A stretch of DNA of 64,000 nucleotides from a virus (lineage: Duplodnaviria; Caudoviricetes): IMG/VR virus record IMGVR_UViG_3300027805_000006. The stretch is one strand, 5' to 3'. Made by a program: the position numbers and the translations under genes. A model generated the notes under the pieces. The model did not search any database and was not told the origin of the DNA. It was given only the letters and a program-made list of their open reading frames with translations. Shown here piece by piece: positions 1 to 11,400 of this stretch (position 1 is its first letter; each line of letters opens with the position of its first letter).

Positions 1-242
1 GTGCTGTTCCTAGAAGGGTTGAAGATGTTGTAGCCGCCGTAGAACTCATCAACATTGCCAACCTTTTGGTCCTTCAACATCGACACAAAGCGACCACGAG
101 CAGGACGAATATTCACATGCACAAACCCACAGGGATACCACTCGCCTGGATGGTCAGAGAGGTACTTCTGCGTAGCAGCACCTGCAAGTCGAGTTGCTTC
201 ATTGAAGACGTCAAGTTCCTTCTGATACTGGTATGGTTGCAT
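1..242 (-). CDS. Hypothetical phage protein, runs off the window edge (partial)
   Basis: Manual translation from ATG at 242: MQPYQYQKELDVFNEATRLAGAATQKYLSDHPGEWYPCGFVHVNIRPARGRFV..., open to base 1; AAGGA RBS upstream. Confidence 0.7.
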   Translation of the reverse strand, partial: MQPYQYQKELDVFNEATRLAGAATQKYLSDHPGEWYPCGFVHVNIRPARGRFVSMLKDQKVGNVDEFYGGYNIFNPSRNS

Positions 243-255
243 ACTGATATCCTTC

Positions 256-690
256 TTAGAAGTGGGGGTTACGCTCATCGACAGTTCCAGAGACAAGAGA
301 GAATGTACCTCCAATCTCCTTCCATGCCGGTCGGTTCTTGCAGCGGTTAAAGCGTGCACCCGTAGAGGTAGTAATCCTCCACGACTTGGTAATCCTTACA
401 ATCTTTCCACACGGATAGTAGTCACCATTGAAGCCGCGAGAAACATCATCCCCTACTGTAGGCGCTTCAAATACCTCAAACCGTGGAGAAACACTAGATG
501 AATTATCGGCAGAAAGCCATACATTTCCAGTCATCGCAGTAATATAGACTGCTAGTTTTTCGGCTTCTTCCATTGAAGAGACATCTTGCCGTAGCGACAT
601 CCAGCCATTGACCTTGTCCCAAGTAGCATTCTTTGGGAACTCACTTGAAACTTCAACTGGAAGACCATTGACCATACGCACATACTTCAT
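256..690 (-). CDS. Hypothetical protein (start revised to MKYVRM at 690)
   Basis: ORF track 256..747; GGAAGGAG RBS precedes the ATG at 690; ends ERNPHF. Confidence 0.75.
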   Translation of the reverse strand: MKYVRMVNGLPVEVSSEFPKNATWDKVNGWMSLRQDVSSMEEAEKLAVYITAMTGNVWLSADNSSSVSPRFEVFEAPTVGDDVSRGFNGDYYPCGKIVRITKSWRITTSTGARFNRCKNRPAWKEIGGTFSLVSGTVDERNPHF

Positions 691-794
691 ACAATATCTC
701 CTTCCATAGATGCTATTATACACCAGTTTCTGCGGAAAAAGAAACAAAAAAGTGTGTCATTTTAGACACACTTTTTCTTAACCTGCCTTAGAAA

Positions 795-3700
795 TTAAGC
801 AGGAGTAAAGTTGCTGGTGTAAAGGGCTTCAGTTGTTACCTTTAGACCTTGGAGATAACCGTTGAAGTAATCTCCTGCGAGACCTGCATACGTATTCCAA
901 CCAACGCCCATTTCTTGATTGCCTACAGGGAAAAGGTTAGAGGTCGTTGTTCCTACAGATACACCGTCCTGGTACATCGTAATCGTTGAACCAGACTTAA
1001 CGATTGCTATATGGTACCAGGTGTCAATTGACAGTGAAGGTCCTGTTATTCTGTTTGCGCCATTACCAGAGACAGTGGTTGAGTACAGTCTAAATGTGGA
1101 TAGTCCTACATACACGTTCCACCTGTAGTTTGTCCCAGTTCCAAACTGGAAAATGTGTGGGGTGTTTGCAAGAGAGTTAAAGCGTACCCAGCACTCTACT
1201 GTAAAATCACCACTATACAGGTCTAAGAACCTAGACGATGGAACAGTTAGGTAATCTCCATTTCCGTCAAATGCAACCGTTGTATTTCCACCACGGGTTT
1301 GAACGTTGCTTACCCGTGCATCTCCAAAGGCGGCAATGTTGTTCTTTGTCGTGGAGTCAAACAGACCAGCGTGTCTAAAGTCAAGCGCCAAACTTGTTGC
1401 TGGAGTTATATCAAGAGGTGCTGATGCAGGTCTGAAGTTTCCTTCGTATAGACCAGCGCCACGAATAACTCTAACTGAAGATATGCGACCAGAAGAAGGG
1501 CTTGCTACTGCAACCCCAGCACCTAGTGTCACTGATGTAGCCGACGTGCTAAGTGCCGCACTGCTAACAATAGTTGTGGCTAAAACACCATTTAAGAACA
1601 ACCTAATAGAACCACGAACCCGACAGGCTGTTACGTGATGCCAAACATTTGCTCTTGGTGTGGAAGTTATTACTGTGTTATTTGAGATATCCCAGGATGT
1701 ACCGTTTGATGAGGAATAAAATGCAAGTCCGCCCGTACTATTAACATAAAATAGCCATCCAGGATAGTTCGTGCCATTCCACCCGCATCCCATAACTGCG
1801 GTTGAGTTGGTAATTGTTGCAGGTCCAGGTCTCCACCAGAATTCAATGGTGAAGTCCTCACTTGAGGTAGGAACAAATGCTGTAGAGCCAGTGATTGCAA
1901 GGCTATCACCAGTTCCATCAAAATATGCATTTCCAGCAGACATCATATTTGAATAATTTGACGCTGTGGTGCTTGACGAGGTCTTTGTGAATGGCGTATT
2001 AGGGCGAACACGAGCAGAGTTGAAGAGCCTGATGTAGTGGTTGTTGCGGCTCTCATCAATAACATTTGAAGAACGAGCAGTTAGCAGACTGAGGTTCTTT
2101 GAGTATTGGCTAGCCTGTAGCGGTGAGGAACTTGGAGTAAATGCACCGGTATATGCAACCACTCCTTTTAGAATTCTTATATTTGAAACATGGCCCTTAT
2201 AATAAGCAGCACCTGTAGCACCAATTGTTCCACCAGAGTTGTAGTAGTTGCCTACAGTGGTGTTAATTGCAAGATAGGAACCGGTTGTAGCAGATGTCGC
2301 AGTAGCAACTGATACACCATTTAGATACATGGTAAATGATGAACCATTTCGTGTAACTGCAATGTGATTCCATTGACCAATCTTAACTGCAGTTGAACTT
2401 GTTAATAGTGGGGAACCGGTACTAAGTGGGCCGAACTCAAATACTGGTGTATTGGCGCTCAAGCTTATTAGCCAGCCGCCAGTTGATACACTGGCTTGAT
2501 TCCACTGTCCAACAATTGCCTTATAACCTGCGGCAACTTCAGGTTGTATCCAGCACTCAACAGTAAAGTCACCGCTTAGAATGTTCAGAGCGCTGCTGTG
2601 ATTTACAATAGCGTGCGATGAAGCAGCACTATCAAAGTACCAGGAATTTAGTTTGGTTGTTGGAACTGTAACATTTACTTCTGGCGAACCAGTTGTAGTT
2701 AGCGCAAGGTTGCTTGGGCTCACGTCCTCAATCGCTCTTGATACGCAGGTAAGGAAAGATGTTCCAGGAATTACAGTTGGTGCATCAGTTGGAGGTGTAA
2801 AGTTTTCAGTGTACAGCGCGTATCCCTTAATCGCTCCAACACCATATGCATATCCATTCAAGCCTACACCAACTCTAAATGTTCCTGCAGTGATGTTTGT
2901 TGTAGAAGAAATTTCAGCAGTGGGATATGTTGATGGATTTGCACCACTTCCAAATGTCTGCATTTTTCCGTTTACGAAGAACCGTAGAATGCCTCCAGCT
3001 CTAGTTAGCGCGATGTGCGTCCAGGTATTCAGCATATCTGTCTGAAGAAGCGGCGTACTGTAGCACGTTGCAGTAGATGATGAGTCGGTAAAGAACTGAA
3101 GTTTGTAACCAAATCCTACGTTTCCAAATCTAAAACCAACAGTCGTACCACTAAACACTGAATCAAATAGTTGTACATAATCAGCAACGTTTGAAGCAAT
3201 ATAGAACCAGCCACCCATTGTAAAGTCGCCAGTTCCAAATGCTGCCGCCGCCGATGAAGCAGCGGTTACACTCGCTGAACCTGGGAAGTAGGTGCTGTAG
3301 TACTCTCCATTTGGACCAGGAACGAAGCCTGATTCATCTAATGTAATCGCAGCATCGCCATTCCGCGTAACTGTAAAGGCATTGGTGCTGCTATCTAAGA
3401 AGTTTTGCTTTCCAACAAGCAATAAACTCGTTCCACCGATAGCAGTTAGATCCGCCGTTGACGGAATAAATGGTGCGGTGTAAACTGCAGTACCCTTTAC
3501 AATTCTGATGTTGGAAAGATATCCATTGTAGTAGTTTGAACCGCCCTGACGCTGACCAATGTTGATGTTCAGGTTGCTGTTGTTGATTACGTTCGTGCTA
3601 ATTACGCTGCTGGTTGCTTCAGGAACACCATTTAGGTACAGCGTTAGAGAAGTACCACTTCTTACAAGGGCTGCGTGGTACCAAGCGCCGGTCTTGAGCG

Positions 3701-6700
3701 CCGTAGTTGAAACTAGATTGATCTGCGATGTGCTGTTGTTGTACGCAACGGTTGCCTGCAGTTTATTTGCTGCAGCAAACAGGAAGGTAAAGGCAGAGTT
3801 TGTATCTGTGCCAGCTGCGCTTTCAAACTGGTTAAGTATCCATTGTGCAGAGATGCTTCGCGTGTTAAACCAGAACTCAACAGTAAAGTTTCCACTTCCA
3901 AAGTTGAAAGCAGTATCATTATCAGGCACAGTTAGGAAGTCACCAGTACCGTCAAATGTAATACTATTTGACACACTAAATGGTGAGAACTGAGTTGTCC
4001 TTGCATCACCTGCTTGTGTTAATGTAAAGTTATTTGAACTGTTGTCCTTAAATGTACCGTCAATACAGGTAAGCAGTGATGTGTTAGATATTGCTGTAAG
4101 ATCTGATGTTGGTGGGGTGAAGTTGGCAGTATAAACTGCTGTTCCCTTTACAATTCTTAGATTTGAAATGTAACCGGGGAAAGGTTCAACATAACTAGCA
4201 CTGTTACGTCTAGCAGCAATGGTAAAAGTATTTGCCGCTTGAAGAGTAATACTTTGTGTAGTTGAACCAACAGAAATGCCGTCAACATAAAGAGTGAAAA
4301 TATTTCCACTTCTTACTGCAGCAAAATGATGCCATCTTCCTGTGCCAATAGTTCCAGATAAAGATACTTGACTGCTTGAGCCATTTGAACTGCAGGCAAA
4401 AATAATTGATGTTGGAGCAACAAGAATTTCCCAACTTGCTGTGCTGGGTGTTGAAGAAGACCAATTATTGACAATTCTACCGGGATTTACTGACGATGTT
4501 TGATATATCCAAGCCTCAACAGTAAAATCACCTGAACCAAACTGTACTGCCGCAGTACCATCTGGAAGTGATAGATAATCTCCAGTACCATCAAAATATA
4601 CACTTCTGTTTGGCGCAACTGGCTGGCTTACCAACGTTGGTGCAAATGGATTGTTTGAATTTAGTGCAACGTTTCCAGTTCTTGTAATTGCAAAGTTGTT
4701 GGTACTTGCATCAGAGAAAGAAGTGCCTTGGCAGGTCAGCAGTGATGTACCAGAAATTGCAGTTAGGGGAGAAGTTGGTGGCGTAAATGCTGCCGTATAA
4801 ACTGCGGTACCCTTTACAATTCTAAAATTGGAAATGCAACCATTGAAATTAAATCCTACAACTTGGTTGTTGCCAATAAGCAAAGGTTGGTCTGACCCCA
4901 AGTTAGATGATACTGTAGCAGAGCCTGCTAATTTTCCGTTTATATATGCATAAACTGTTCCAGAACTACGAACACATGCAATGTGGTTCCAAGAATTCAG
5001 TGTTACTATTTGAGATGTAAAAATATTATTAATGTTAGCGGGGCCATTATAAAATTGTAACTGCAGTGAGCTATTAACTCTCATACTTGTAGCAGATGCA
5101 GTTGGAGCAGTTCTGAAATCAGCTATAGTGCCTGGTCCATTTGCGGGATTTACCGTGGGATAAATCCAGGCTTCTATTGTAAAATCTCCAGTTCCAAGAC
5201 CAAATGCGGTATTTGAAGCAAGTGATAAACCACTTGATCCATCAAACCACACGCTTCTGCTTGTTGGGTATGCTCTTGATGAAGTTGTTTGCTCTGATAC
5301 AGTCGTTGTTGTTAGAGCAAATGGAGAATTTGCAGTAGGTCTTGCATTTCCTGTAGCCGTAATAGTAAAGTTGTTGGTGCTTGCATCAGAGAAAGAAGTA
5401 CCTTGACAGGTAAGCAGTGATGTACCGGAAATTGCAGTTAGAGGAGAAGTTGATGGGGTAAAGGCTGCGGTGTAGAGCGCCGTACCATTTACAATTCGCG
5501 CATTGGAAATATAGCCGGTAAAATCTCCAAAACCACTTGAACCAACCTGAATATTATTGCTGCTTGCTGAACCTGCACTCCCGCCTGCACTATATTCAAC
5601 CCCATTAACATAACCTTTTAATGTACCAGCAGCCGTTTTTGATACAGCAATATGGTACCAGGTATTAAGTCTTAGCGTAGGACCGAAATTATTAGCAGCA
5701 ACGCCCGGGTTTACCCAAGACATTTGCATTGTGTTTTGCAGTCTTAGTTCCCACCCGTTGCTTCCACCTGATCTAGAAAAAATTGGACCACCGTATACCG
5801 TTGGAGGAACAGCAGTTGGATATATCCAGGCTTCTACCGTAAAATCGCCTGAAAGTGAAAATGCCGTTGTTCCTCCAACCGTTAAGTAATCTCCAGTTCC
5901 ATCAAAATATACGCTGCCAGTAGGTATACTTTGAATCTCAGTAGATGTAAATGGGCTGTACCTGAATGTTATTGGGTTGCCAGTTACTGTCAGCGCATTT
6001 CGAACACCGCTCGAGTCATCAAGAATTGACCTGTTGCAAATCAATAAGGATGTTTCAGGGGTTGATGACAGTGCTGACGTTGATGGCGTAAATGCTGATG
6101 TATAAAGAGCAACGCCCTTTACTATTCTTAGATTGGAAATATAGCCAATGAAAGGTCTAAAGTCGCCAGACACAGCAGCAAATCTACCGGCAATTACTGC
6201 TGAGGTCGCGCTATAATTATTGGTGTCAGCATAATCAACACCTTCTTTTACACCATTGATATAAAGGCGAGTTACGCCTGCTTGACGAACTAGGGCAAAA
6301 TGAACCCAAGTTCCAGTATCAAGAGTGGTTGAACTTATTATACGACTTGAGCCATTTACCCACAACTCCAGCTGAGTGGAACTAGATGCTTTTTCAATTA
6401 AAATTTGTGCGCTTGGCTCTGCAGTTCTAAAATCTAGAACTGTAGAGCCATAAGTACTGTCGACTGCATTTAAACCTGTTCTGTTCAACCAAGCTTCAAT
6501 TGTAAAATCACCAGTTCCTAGAGATAATGACTGGTTTGAAACAGATATGTAAGATATGGGATTTCCACTCCTATTGAAAAACCAACTCCAATCACTTCCA
6601 AATGGATTATCAGTTCCCTGCGTAACATCGCCATTTCGTGTAATCAAACCACGATAGTCTATCGATTCATCCAAGAATGAGGTATTAACATCCTTGTTGC

Positions 6701-6806
6701 TTGTTGATGTTGCTAGTTTTAGTGAAACGGTTTTTGCTACCGCGGCGGCAACTGCCTGTGCCACCTGATAAACCTTCGTTATAGAGATGCTTCTAAATCC
6801 AAACAT
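795..6806 (-). CDS. Giant tail-fibre/adhesin protein with about 9 LamG (concanavalin A-like) domains
   Basis: 2003 aa; repeated S-x-x-FDGxGD...GDFT[IV]E[AC]W...W[YN]H[IV]A...YxNG...GY[IL]SN[LF]RIVKGxA[VL]YT units, nine counted. Confidence 0.85.
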   Translation of the reverse strand: MFGFRSISITKVYQVAQAVAAAVAKTVSLKLATSTSNKDVNTSFLDESIDYRGLITRNGDVTQGTDNPFGSDWSWFFNRSGNPISYISVSNQSLSLGTGDFTIEAWLNRTGLNAVDSTYGSTVLDFRTAEPSAQILIEKASSSTQLELWVNGSSRIISSTTLDTGTWVHFALVRQAGVTRLYINGVKEGVDYADTNNYSATSAVIAGRFAAVSGDFRPFIGYISNLRIVKGVALYTSAFTPSTSALSSTPETSLLICNRSILDDSSGVRNALTVTGNPITFRYSPFTSTEIQSIPTGSVYFDGTGDYLTVGGTTAFSLSGDFTVEAWIYPTAVPPTVYGGPIFSRSGGSNGWELRLQNTMQMSWVNPGVAANNFGPTLRLNTWYHIAVSKTAAGTLKGYVNGVEYSAGGSAGSASSNNIQVGSSGFGDFTGYISNARIVNGTALYTAAFTPSTSPLTAISGTSLLTCQGTSFSDASTNNFTITATGNARPTANSPFALTTTTVSEQTTSSRAYPTSRSVWFDGSSGLSLASNTAFGLGTGDFTIEAWIYPTVNPANGPGTIADFRTAPTASATSMRVNSSLQLQFYNGPANINNIFTSQIVTLNSWNHIACVRSSGTVYAYINGKLAGSATVSSNLGSDQPLLIGNNQVVGFNFNGCISNFRIVKGTAVYTAAFTPPTSPLTAISGTSLLTCQGTSFSDASTNNFAITRTGNVALNSNNPFAPTLVSQPVAPNRSVYFDGTGDYLSLPDGTAAVQFGSGDFTVEAWIYQTSSVNPGRIVNNWSSSTPSTASWEILVAPTSIIFACSSNGSSSQVSLSGTIGTGRWHHFAAVRSGNIFTLYVDGISVGSTTQSITLQAANTFTIAARRNSASYVEPFPGYISNLRIVKGTAVYTANFTPPTSDLTAISNTSLLTCIDGTFKDNSSNNFTLTQAGDARTTQFSPFSVSNSITFDGTGDFLTVPDNDTAFNFGSGNFTVEFWFNTRSISAQWILNQFESAAGTDTNSAFTFLFAAANKLQATVAYNNSTSQINLVSTTALKTGAWYHAALVRSGTSLTLYLNGVPEATSSVISTNVINNSNLNINIGQRQGGSNYYNGYLSNIRIVKGTAVYTAPFIPSTADLTAIGGTSLLLVGKQNFLDSSTNAFTVTRNGDAAITLDESGFVPGPNGEYYSTYFPGSASVTAASSAAAAFGTGDFTMGGWFYIASNVADYVQLFDSVFSGTTVGFRFGNVGFGYKLQFFTDSSSTATCYSTPLLQTDMLNTWTHIALTRAGGILRFFVNGKMQTFGSGANPSTYPTAEISSTTNITAGTFRVGVGLNGYAYGVGAIKGYALYTENFTPPTDAPTVIPGTSFLTCVSRAIEDVSPSNLALTTTGSPEVNVTVPTTKLNSWYFDSAASSHAIVNHSSALNILSGDFTVECWIQPEVAAGYKAIVGQWNQASVSTGGWLISLSANTPVFEFGPLSTGSPLLTSSTAVKIGQWNHIAVTRNGSSFTMYLNGVSVATATSATTGSYLAINTTVGNYYNSGGTIGATGAAYYKGHVSNIRILKGVVAYTGAFTPSSSPLQASQYSKNLSLLTARSSNVIDESRNNHYIRLFNSARVRPNTPFTKTSSSTTASNYSNMMSAGNAYFDGTGDSLAITGSTAFVPTSSEDFTIEFWWRPGPATITNSTAVMGCGWNGTNYPGWLFYVNSTGGLAFYSSSNGTSWDISNNTVITSTPRANVWHHVTACRVRGSIRLFLNGVLATTIVSSAALSTSATSVTLGAGVAVASPSSGRISSVRVIRGAGLYEGNFRPASAPLDITPATSLALDFRHAGLFDSTTKNNIAAFGDARVSNVQTRGGNTTVAFDGNGDYLTVPSSRFLDLYSGDFTVECWVRFNSLANTPHIFQFGTGTNYRWNVYVGLSTFRLYSTTVSGNGANRITGPSLSIDTWYHIAIVKSGSTITMYQDGVSVGTTTSNLFPVGNQEMGVGWNTYAGLAGDYFNGYLQGLKVTTEALYTSNFTPA

Positions 6807-6832
6807 TTTGACCCCGCTTTACTTCAGTTAGA

Positions 6833-8290
6833 TTAATAGTTTTGACCAGCAACAAAGCCAAACCAGTTTGTACCGCCATCGTACGTCATAAGTGTAATGA
6901 TGTCATATTTTCCAGATGTTGAAGTAAGCGCTGGAGCACCACCGCTTGGCCACTTTACGGAACCTGGCCAATTAATTGTAAATGATCCAGCCCCGCTCTG
7001 AAGAATTACCAGCGACATATTATAGACCCTACCTGAAGTAGGAACGTTTGAGAACGTCAGCGTGGTAATGCTGGTACCAAGAGTAATTGCAAAGTTGTTT
7101 CCTGTTGCGCAGTTAAGCGTTGTGGATGCAGTAGCAGTTACGTTGGTGTTTGTTTCGGTGTATGCTGTACCAAAAATGAGTGATGATGATAGAGTTACTG
7201 AACTTGAGAAGGTTGTAGCATTTGCAACTGTACCACCAGTGAATGTCGCTGGAGCATTTTGCCAGGAAGGGGGAGCATCGCCATTAGAAGTAAGTATCTG
7301 TCCAGCGGTGCCGTATGCTGTACCTGATGTACCAAATGACAGAGCACCAGACCCAGTCATTCTCATACGCTCAATCCAGGTGATTGGTACAGCACCAATG
7401 TTGTGTGTTTGAAATACGATAGAACCTGGATATGGAATGTCTCCACCACCAGAACCGCTGCGTAGATAAAGCGTTGGGCCGGCATTGTTTCCGCCCTGAC
7501 CAACGTTTAGGCTGTCTCCACCCTGCACGTACAGGTCGCCGCCAGCAACTGAACCGCCAGATCTACCGCCCTTGATCATTAGGTGACCACCTCCTTCAGC
7601 GCCCGAAACAGTCAGCATGCCGCCGCTACCGATCACGGTAGAAGCACCACCTGCCAGCGTTAGAACACGTGAGGTATTATTCCAGGTTAGGTTGCTAGAT
7701 CCAGTCAGCAAGTTTGACCCACTTCCATAACCAACATATGAAGCAGTTAAACTGGCTGGCGCAGAACCAGTAAATTGCGCAAAGGTAAGTGCAGTTGTTC
7801 CAACTGTAATTGTACCATTTGTGGTAAGTACCCAGCCAGTGTCAGCGTAGGTAGTACCTTCGGTGACGAACACGAAGTCACCAGCCTTTACCTCTGTAGA
7901 TGGAGCACCATCAAAGTCAGTCGCACGGGTCCAGGAACTTGAAGCAACAACATAGATACCGTTCTGAGAACCAGTGTTTTGGTTCTTAACCAGTACTCTG
8001 TCACCAACTGTTAGAGAAACTCCATCAACTGTCTGTGTTCCAGAAAGAGTGATGTTTGCTGTTGTTGCTGCTCTTACCGCTGGCTTTACATTCAGCGCAT
8101 CAAAACTTACATTTCCAGAGCCAACTGCCTGCCACTCAGCGCCAGAATAGACGTACAGCCCTTCATTGGGGCTGTCTGTTCGATAAAATAACTCACCTGT
8201 TGAAGGAGATGTAGGATTTGAGGTACCGCTTGCAATTGTCAAATTTGAAACTGCAGTACCTTCTGCAAGTGAAAGTCCATCGTAAAGCAT
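6833..8290 (-). CDS. Tail fibre stalk protein (paralog 1), conserved N-terminal anchor plus C-terminal VKWP domain
   Basis: N-terminal ~175 aa near-identical to the ORFs at 13278 and 15717; Gly-rich middle; C-terminal WPGSVKWPSGGAPALTST domain. Confidence 0.8.
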   Translation of the reverse strand: MLYDGLSLAEGTAVSNLTIASGTSNPTSPSTGELFYRTDSPNEGLYVYSGAEWQAVGSGNVSFDALNVKPAVRAATTANITLSGTQTVDGVSLTVGDRVLVKNQNTGSQNGIYVVASSSWTRATDFDGAPSTEVKAGDFVFVTEGTTYADTGWVLTTNGTITVGTTALTFAQFTGSAPASLTASYVGYGSGSNLLTGSSNLTWNNTSRVLTLAGGASTVIGSGGMLTVSGAEGGGHLMIKGGRSGGSVAGGDLYVQGGDSLNVGQGGNNAGPTLYLRSGSGGGDIPYPGSIVFQTHNIGAVPITWIERMRMTGSGALSFGTSGTAYGTAGQILTSNGDAPPSWQNAPATFTGGTVANATTFSSSVTLSSSLIFGTAYTETNTNVTATASTTLNCATGNNFAITLGTSITTLTFSNVPTSGRVYNMSLVILQSGAGSFTINWPGSVKWPSGGAPALTSTSGKYDIITLMTYDGGTNWFGFVAGQNY

Positions 8291-8321
8291 AGTGTTCTCC
8301 TAGACAATAGTCGTTGTACAG

Positions 8322-8328
8322 TATTTAT
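8322..8328 (-). promoter_or_regulatory. T4-like late promoter variant ATAAATA
   Basis: ATAAATA on the - strand, 31 nt upstream of the 8290 start. Confidence 0.6.
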
Positions 8329-8343
8329 GAAAAACGTATATGG

Positions 8344-8370
8344 GCAGGGGAAATATTATATTTCCCCTGC
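8344..8370. terminator. Intergenic hairpin, probable terminator
   Basis: GCAGGGGAAATA-tta-TATTTCCCCTGC perfect 12-bp inverted repeat downstream of the 8415 gene. Confidence 0.6.
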
Positions 8371-8414
8371 GTGTTATATGACTATCGTTTTAGATATCAG
8401 GAAGCGCGTTCTGC

Positions 8415-11400
8415 TTATAATTTGTAGCGAATGATGACGATTCCTGAACCACCATTTCCAGCGGCAACTGCATTTCCACCGCCACCACCGCCACCATTTC
8501 CGGTATTTGCCGCTCCTGATGCTCCAACACCAGTATTTGCACCAGCGCCATTACCACCAGTTGAGTATGTAGTTGCGGTACCATTTATTCTAGAAATTCT
8601 TCCATTACCGCCAGAACCGCCAGTCCCCTGGCCTGGTCCAGTTGAACCATTAGCACCAGCACCACCCCCGCCTCCACCACTACAGAAGGTAGTACCATAT
8701 GTTCCTACACCTGTAGCACCAGAATTTCCTTGTCGAGGAGGTCCAGAAATTCCAGTCCCTGCGGTGCCGCTACCTGCCACTCCACCACCCGAGCCGCCGC
8801 CAGTTGCGTAGGTGACGTTACTGTTGCTACCACCAGCACCGCCTACGGCTCGAATTGAAATTTCACTGCTGGATATAAGTGAATCAACACCCTTTGCACC
8901 TGGATTTCCACCAGCACCACCAGTGCCAACATTGATGTTTAGAGCGCCTGTTTGCGTTATAGTTGCAGTTCCTTGAAGAAATCCTCCTGCCCCCCCGCCG
9001 CCACCTCCAACGTTGAGACCACCTCCACCACCCCCACCTCCACCTCCAACCAGTAGGTACTCAAATTCTCCAGGTGATGTGACTATGAGCGTTCCATTAG
9101 AGGTAAAACTGTGTATCTTGTACCCATCAGCAGTTGTTTCAGTGCCTCCTGTTGCCACCATTGCAGAGATTGGAGTTGCAACTCTAGAGACGTAGAAGTT
9201 GCTTGAGTACTTTCCATAACCCCTATGCACCTTAATGTCATCAAGCACACCAGTAAGTTCAGTGCCAGTAGCAAATGAATTTTCGCCAATTAGAGGACGA
9301 AGCGCTGGTGTAGTATAGTTGTTGGTGTCTGCATAAATTCCCTGCAGGTTTCCATTTACGAACAACCTTGTAGTACCACTTATTCTAGAAAGAGCGATGT
9401 GGTACCAAGCACCTGCAGTGCAAGCGGTAGTGCCAGTTATTCCCTGCGTTGTATTCACCACGAATACAATTTGATTGGAAGCATTTCGGTGCAAACTTAC
9501 ATACTGTCCGTTAGTTTCACTTGGTCTCCAATCTATAAAGGTATATAACGAGTTGCTGATTGTTGGGTAGTGCCAGAACTCTACCGTGAAGTCACCAGTA
9601 CCAAAGGCAGTATTTGCGTTCTGTGTGCCAAAGTAGTCACCAGTACCATCAAAGAAAATTGCTGTCTTTCCAGTCTTTGGATAAGCACCAGAAGATGGTA
9701 GATAAGAGGCAGCAGCATTTCCAACTTTTCTCAAAACTGAATTACCAGTAGTATCAAATACACCAGGTGATGAGAAGTTTAGAAGCAGACTGGTGTTTGC
9801 AATCTTTCCAACTGGAGTAGTAGGAGGAGTAAAGGCAGCAGTATAAACTGCCGTTCCTCTTACGAAGCGTAGATTTGATATATGTCCGCTGAAATATTCA
9901 GTTGCATTATTGTCCCAACGCCTTCCAATATACCAATTGTCTCCATTTGCACCAGTTACACCCCAAGTAGTAGCAGGTGTTGGTGAGCCAGCAGTTACAT
10001 CTACGCCGTTTATGAATATCTTTGTTGTTGAGCCAGTAAACACTGCAGCAACGTGATTCCACTGGTTAAGTGATATTGCTGTCGTAGATACTGCTGCTGT
10101 TACCCAAGAAGTACCATTATAGTATCCAAGCGCAGGAATTAAACCAGTCGTATTGTTTGCTCCAGTTCCATTTGAAAGCGATAGAGTTATTGGGACCGTA
10201 TTTGTTCCAGTTGTAAATTGGTCACTGAAAATAGCACCGCCAGAAGCGGTAGGATAAACCCATGCCTCTATTGTAAATGGAGTAGTTGAGGTTGTAATTG
10301 CAAAGGCTGAAGAGCCTGCAACTGAAAGATAATCTGTGTTACTTGCAGCAAAGAGTCCGCTGCCAACTTGAATGTCTGTTTCGCGCAGCGGGAATGGGCT
10401 AACTTTTCTAACTGCTGCGTTTCCATTTGCTGTAACTGTGAAGTTGTTTGGACTTCCATCTGCTATCTCAGTTCCTTGACAGGTTAGCAGTGATACTGTA
10501 GAAGGAACTAAAGTAACATCTAATGGTGCTACAGGAGGAACAAAGTTTGCAGTATATACTGCTACACCCTTTATAACTCTAAAGTTAGAAATGTATGAAC
10601 TGTTGATTGCGGTTGAACCATCTGCCGCCCCCGCCCCGATAGCAAATGCTGCAGTGTTGTTAGGAACAGTGCCGCCAAGAGTTGTAGAAACACCAGATAC
10701 ACCGTTTACGTATAACTGCCACCCGCCTCCGTTTCTCACCGCAGCAATATGATTCCAGCTATTCAACGCCACTGCAACAGTACTTGCTATGTTGATACTC
10801 CATGAAGTACCATTTACGGTTGCTAATAGACTTGGAAATAGTGTATTAGCACCAAAACCTACTTGCACGCCACCAAACGCTGCATTAGATGCTCTCTTTG
10901 AAAAAAGTGTTTGCGAGTTTGGCGTAGTAAGAGGATAGAACCAGCACTCAATCGTGAAGGAAGCCGCCTCCATATCCAAAGCCGTATTATCTGCAACTGT
11001 AAGATAGTCCCCTGTTCCATCAAAGTAAACAGAGTGTGCAGGTAAAGTCGTCTTTTCACCTGTACTAAAGAACGCATTTCCATTAAATGGTAACACCGTT
11101 CCAGTTGTTGAAATAGAATGTGCATTCGTGCTGTTATCAACTATAGTAGAGTTCTGCAGCGCCAGCAGTGAAGTGCCTGCAACTGCCGATAGGTTTGAGG
11201 TCGATGGTGTAAAGGCAGCAGTATAAACGGCTGAGCCCTTTACAACACGTAGATTTGAGATATACCCATTGAACGGCGTAAAGTATGCTTCACCACCATA
11301 TCCAAGGTATGTTGCCTGGTTTGTAAATGTTATAACGGTATCATTTGAACCAGTACCACTTGCAACACCATTTATATACCAAGTCCAGGTAGTTGAGTTT